From Oligoflexales bacterium (GTDB lineage Bacteria; Bdellovibrionota_B; Oligoflexia; Oligoflexales; Bog-1112), in the NCBI GenBank assembly GCA_045105515.1, contig JBGCDR010000402.1:1-16652 (forward strand): a stretch of DNA of 16,652 bases, written 5' to 3'. A program made the translations under genes and the position numbers. The notes beneath the pieces were generated by a model that made no database searches, had not been told where the DNA came from, and was given only the letters and a program-made list of their open reading frames with translations. Shown piece after piece: positions 16,513-16,652 of this stretch (position 1 is the stretch's first letter; each line of letters starts with the position of its first letter).

Positions 16513-16652
16513 TGCTCGATCACCTTTAAACTGACCCACTCAGTCGCACAAAATTGACCCACCCAGTCGCGTATGACCTGACCCAGGGAGTCATGACTTA
16601 ATTGACCCACCCTGTCATCCCAGTAATGTACTGCTGCCTAACATAGGAGCAG
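16513..16652 (+). mobile_element. Terminus (probably the left end) of an IS21-family insertion sequence, continuing beyond the window
   Basis: Begins TG (TGCTCGATCACCTTTAAACTGACCCACT). TGACCCA occurs at 16532, 16555, 16579 and 16603 (23-24 nt spacing), resembling the multiple terminal repeats of IS21-family elements such as IS1326. AGGAG near the window edge could be the istA ribosome-binding site. Confidence 0.75.

Noticed and set aside
16513..16539. GTG start at 16539 as the native start of the 222-aa ORF
   Set aside because: It lies inside the putative IS terminal repeat and has no SD.
16530..16612. Periodic repeats considered as a CRISPR array or iterons
   Set aside because: The period is only 23-24 nt with a 7-nt core, there are no spacer-length unique segments and no cas or rep gene is in view. 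An IS21 terminus fits better.
1..16652. Window being eukaryotic (diatom) or viral DNA
   Set aside because: SD sequences, lipoboxes, intrinsic terminators, a CHAP gene, a bacterial flavodoxin-family gene, an IS end and the absence of introns all indicate a bacterial chromosome.

Overview
AT-rich bacterial DNA: genes are densely packed, intron-free and preceded by Shine-Dalgarno sites. A 'P-x-x-ISGA-x-L-x-C' lipoprotein motif and many secreted orphans suggest Oligoflexia/Bdellovibrionota, which is an inference. There are about 13 genes, and about 10 have signal peptides or lipoboxes. Several secreted proteins carry eukaryote-type modules. One has two tandem copies of a domain matching the diatom-expanded DUF6824 pattern (5610-6563). 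Another has a silaffin-like KxxK/GSKGSK tract, diatom-style PSxxPS/PTxxPT repeats and a vWA domain (12121-14010). There is also an F-box-like protein, a vacuolin-like SPFH protein, an alpha/beta hydrolase lacking the expected catalytic His, and a polyamine-oxidase/LSD1-type flavoenzyme. The main hypothesis is a cluster of diatom-mimicking exported effectors. More ordinary genes encode a DegT-family aminotransferase, a CHAP lipoprotein and a flavodoxin-like FMN reductase. The right edge holds an IS21-family terminus (four TGACCCA repeats) that appears to have truncated the last gene. All family calls come from motif recognition, with no database searches run.
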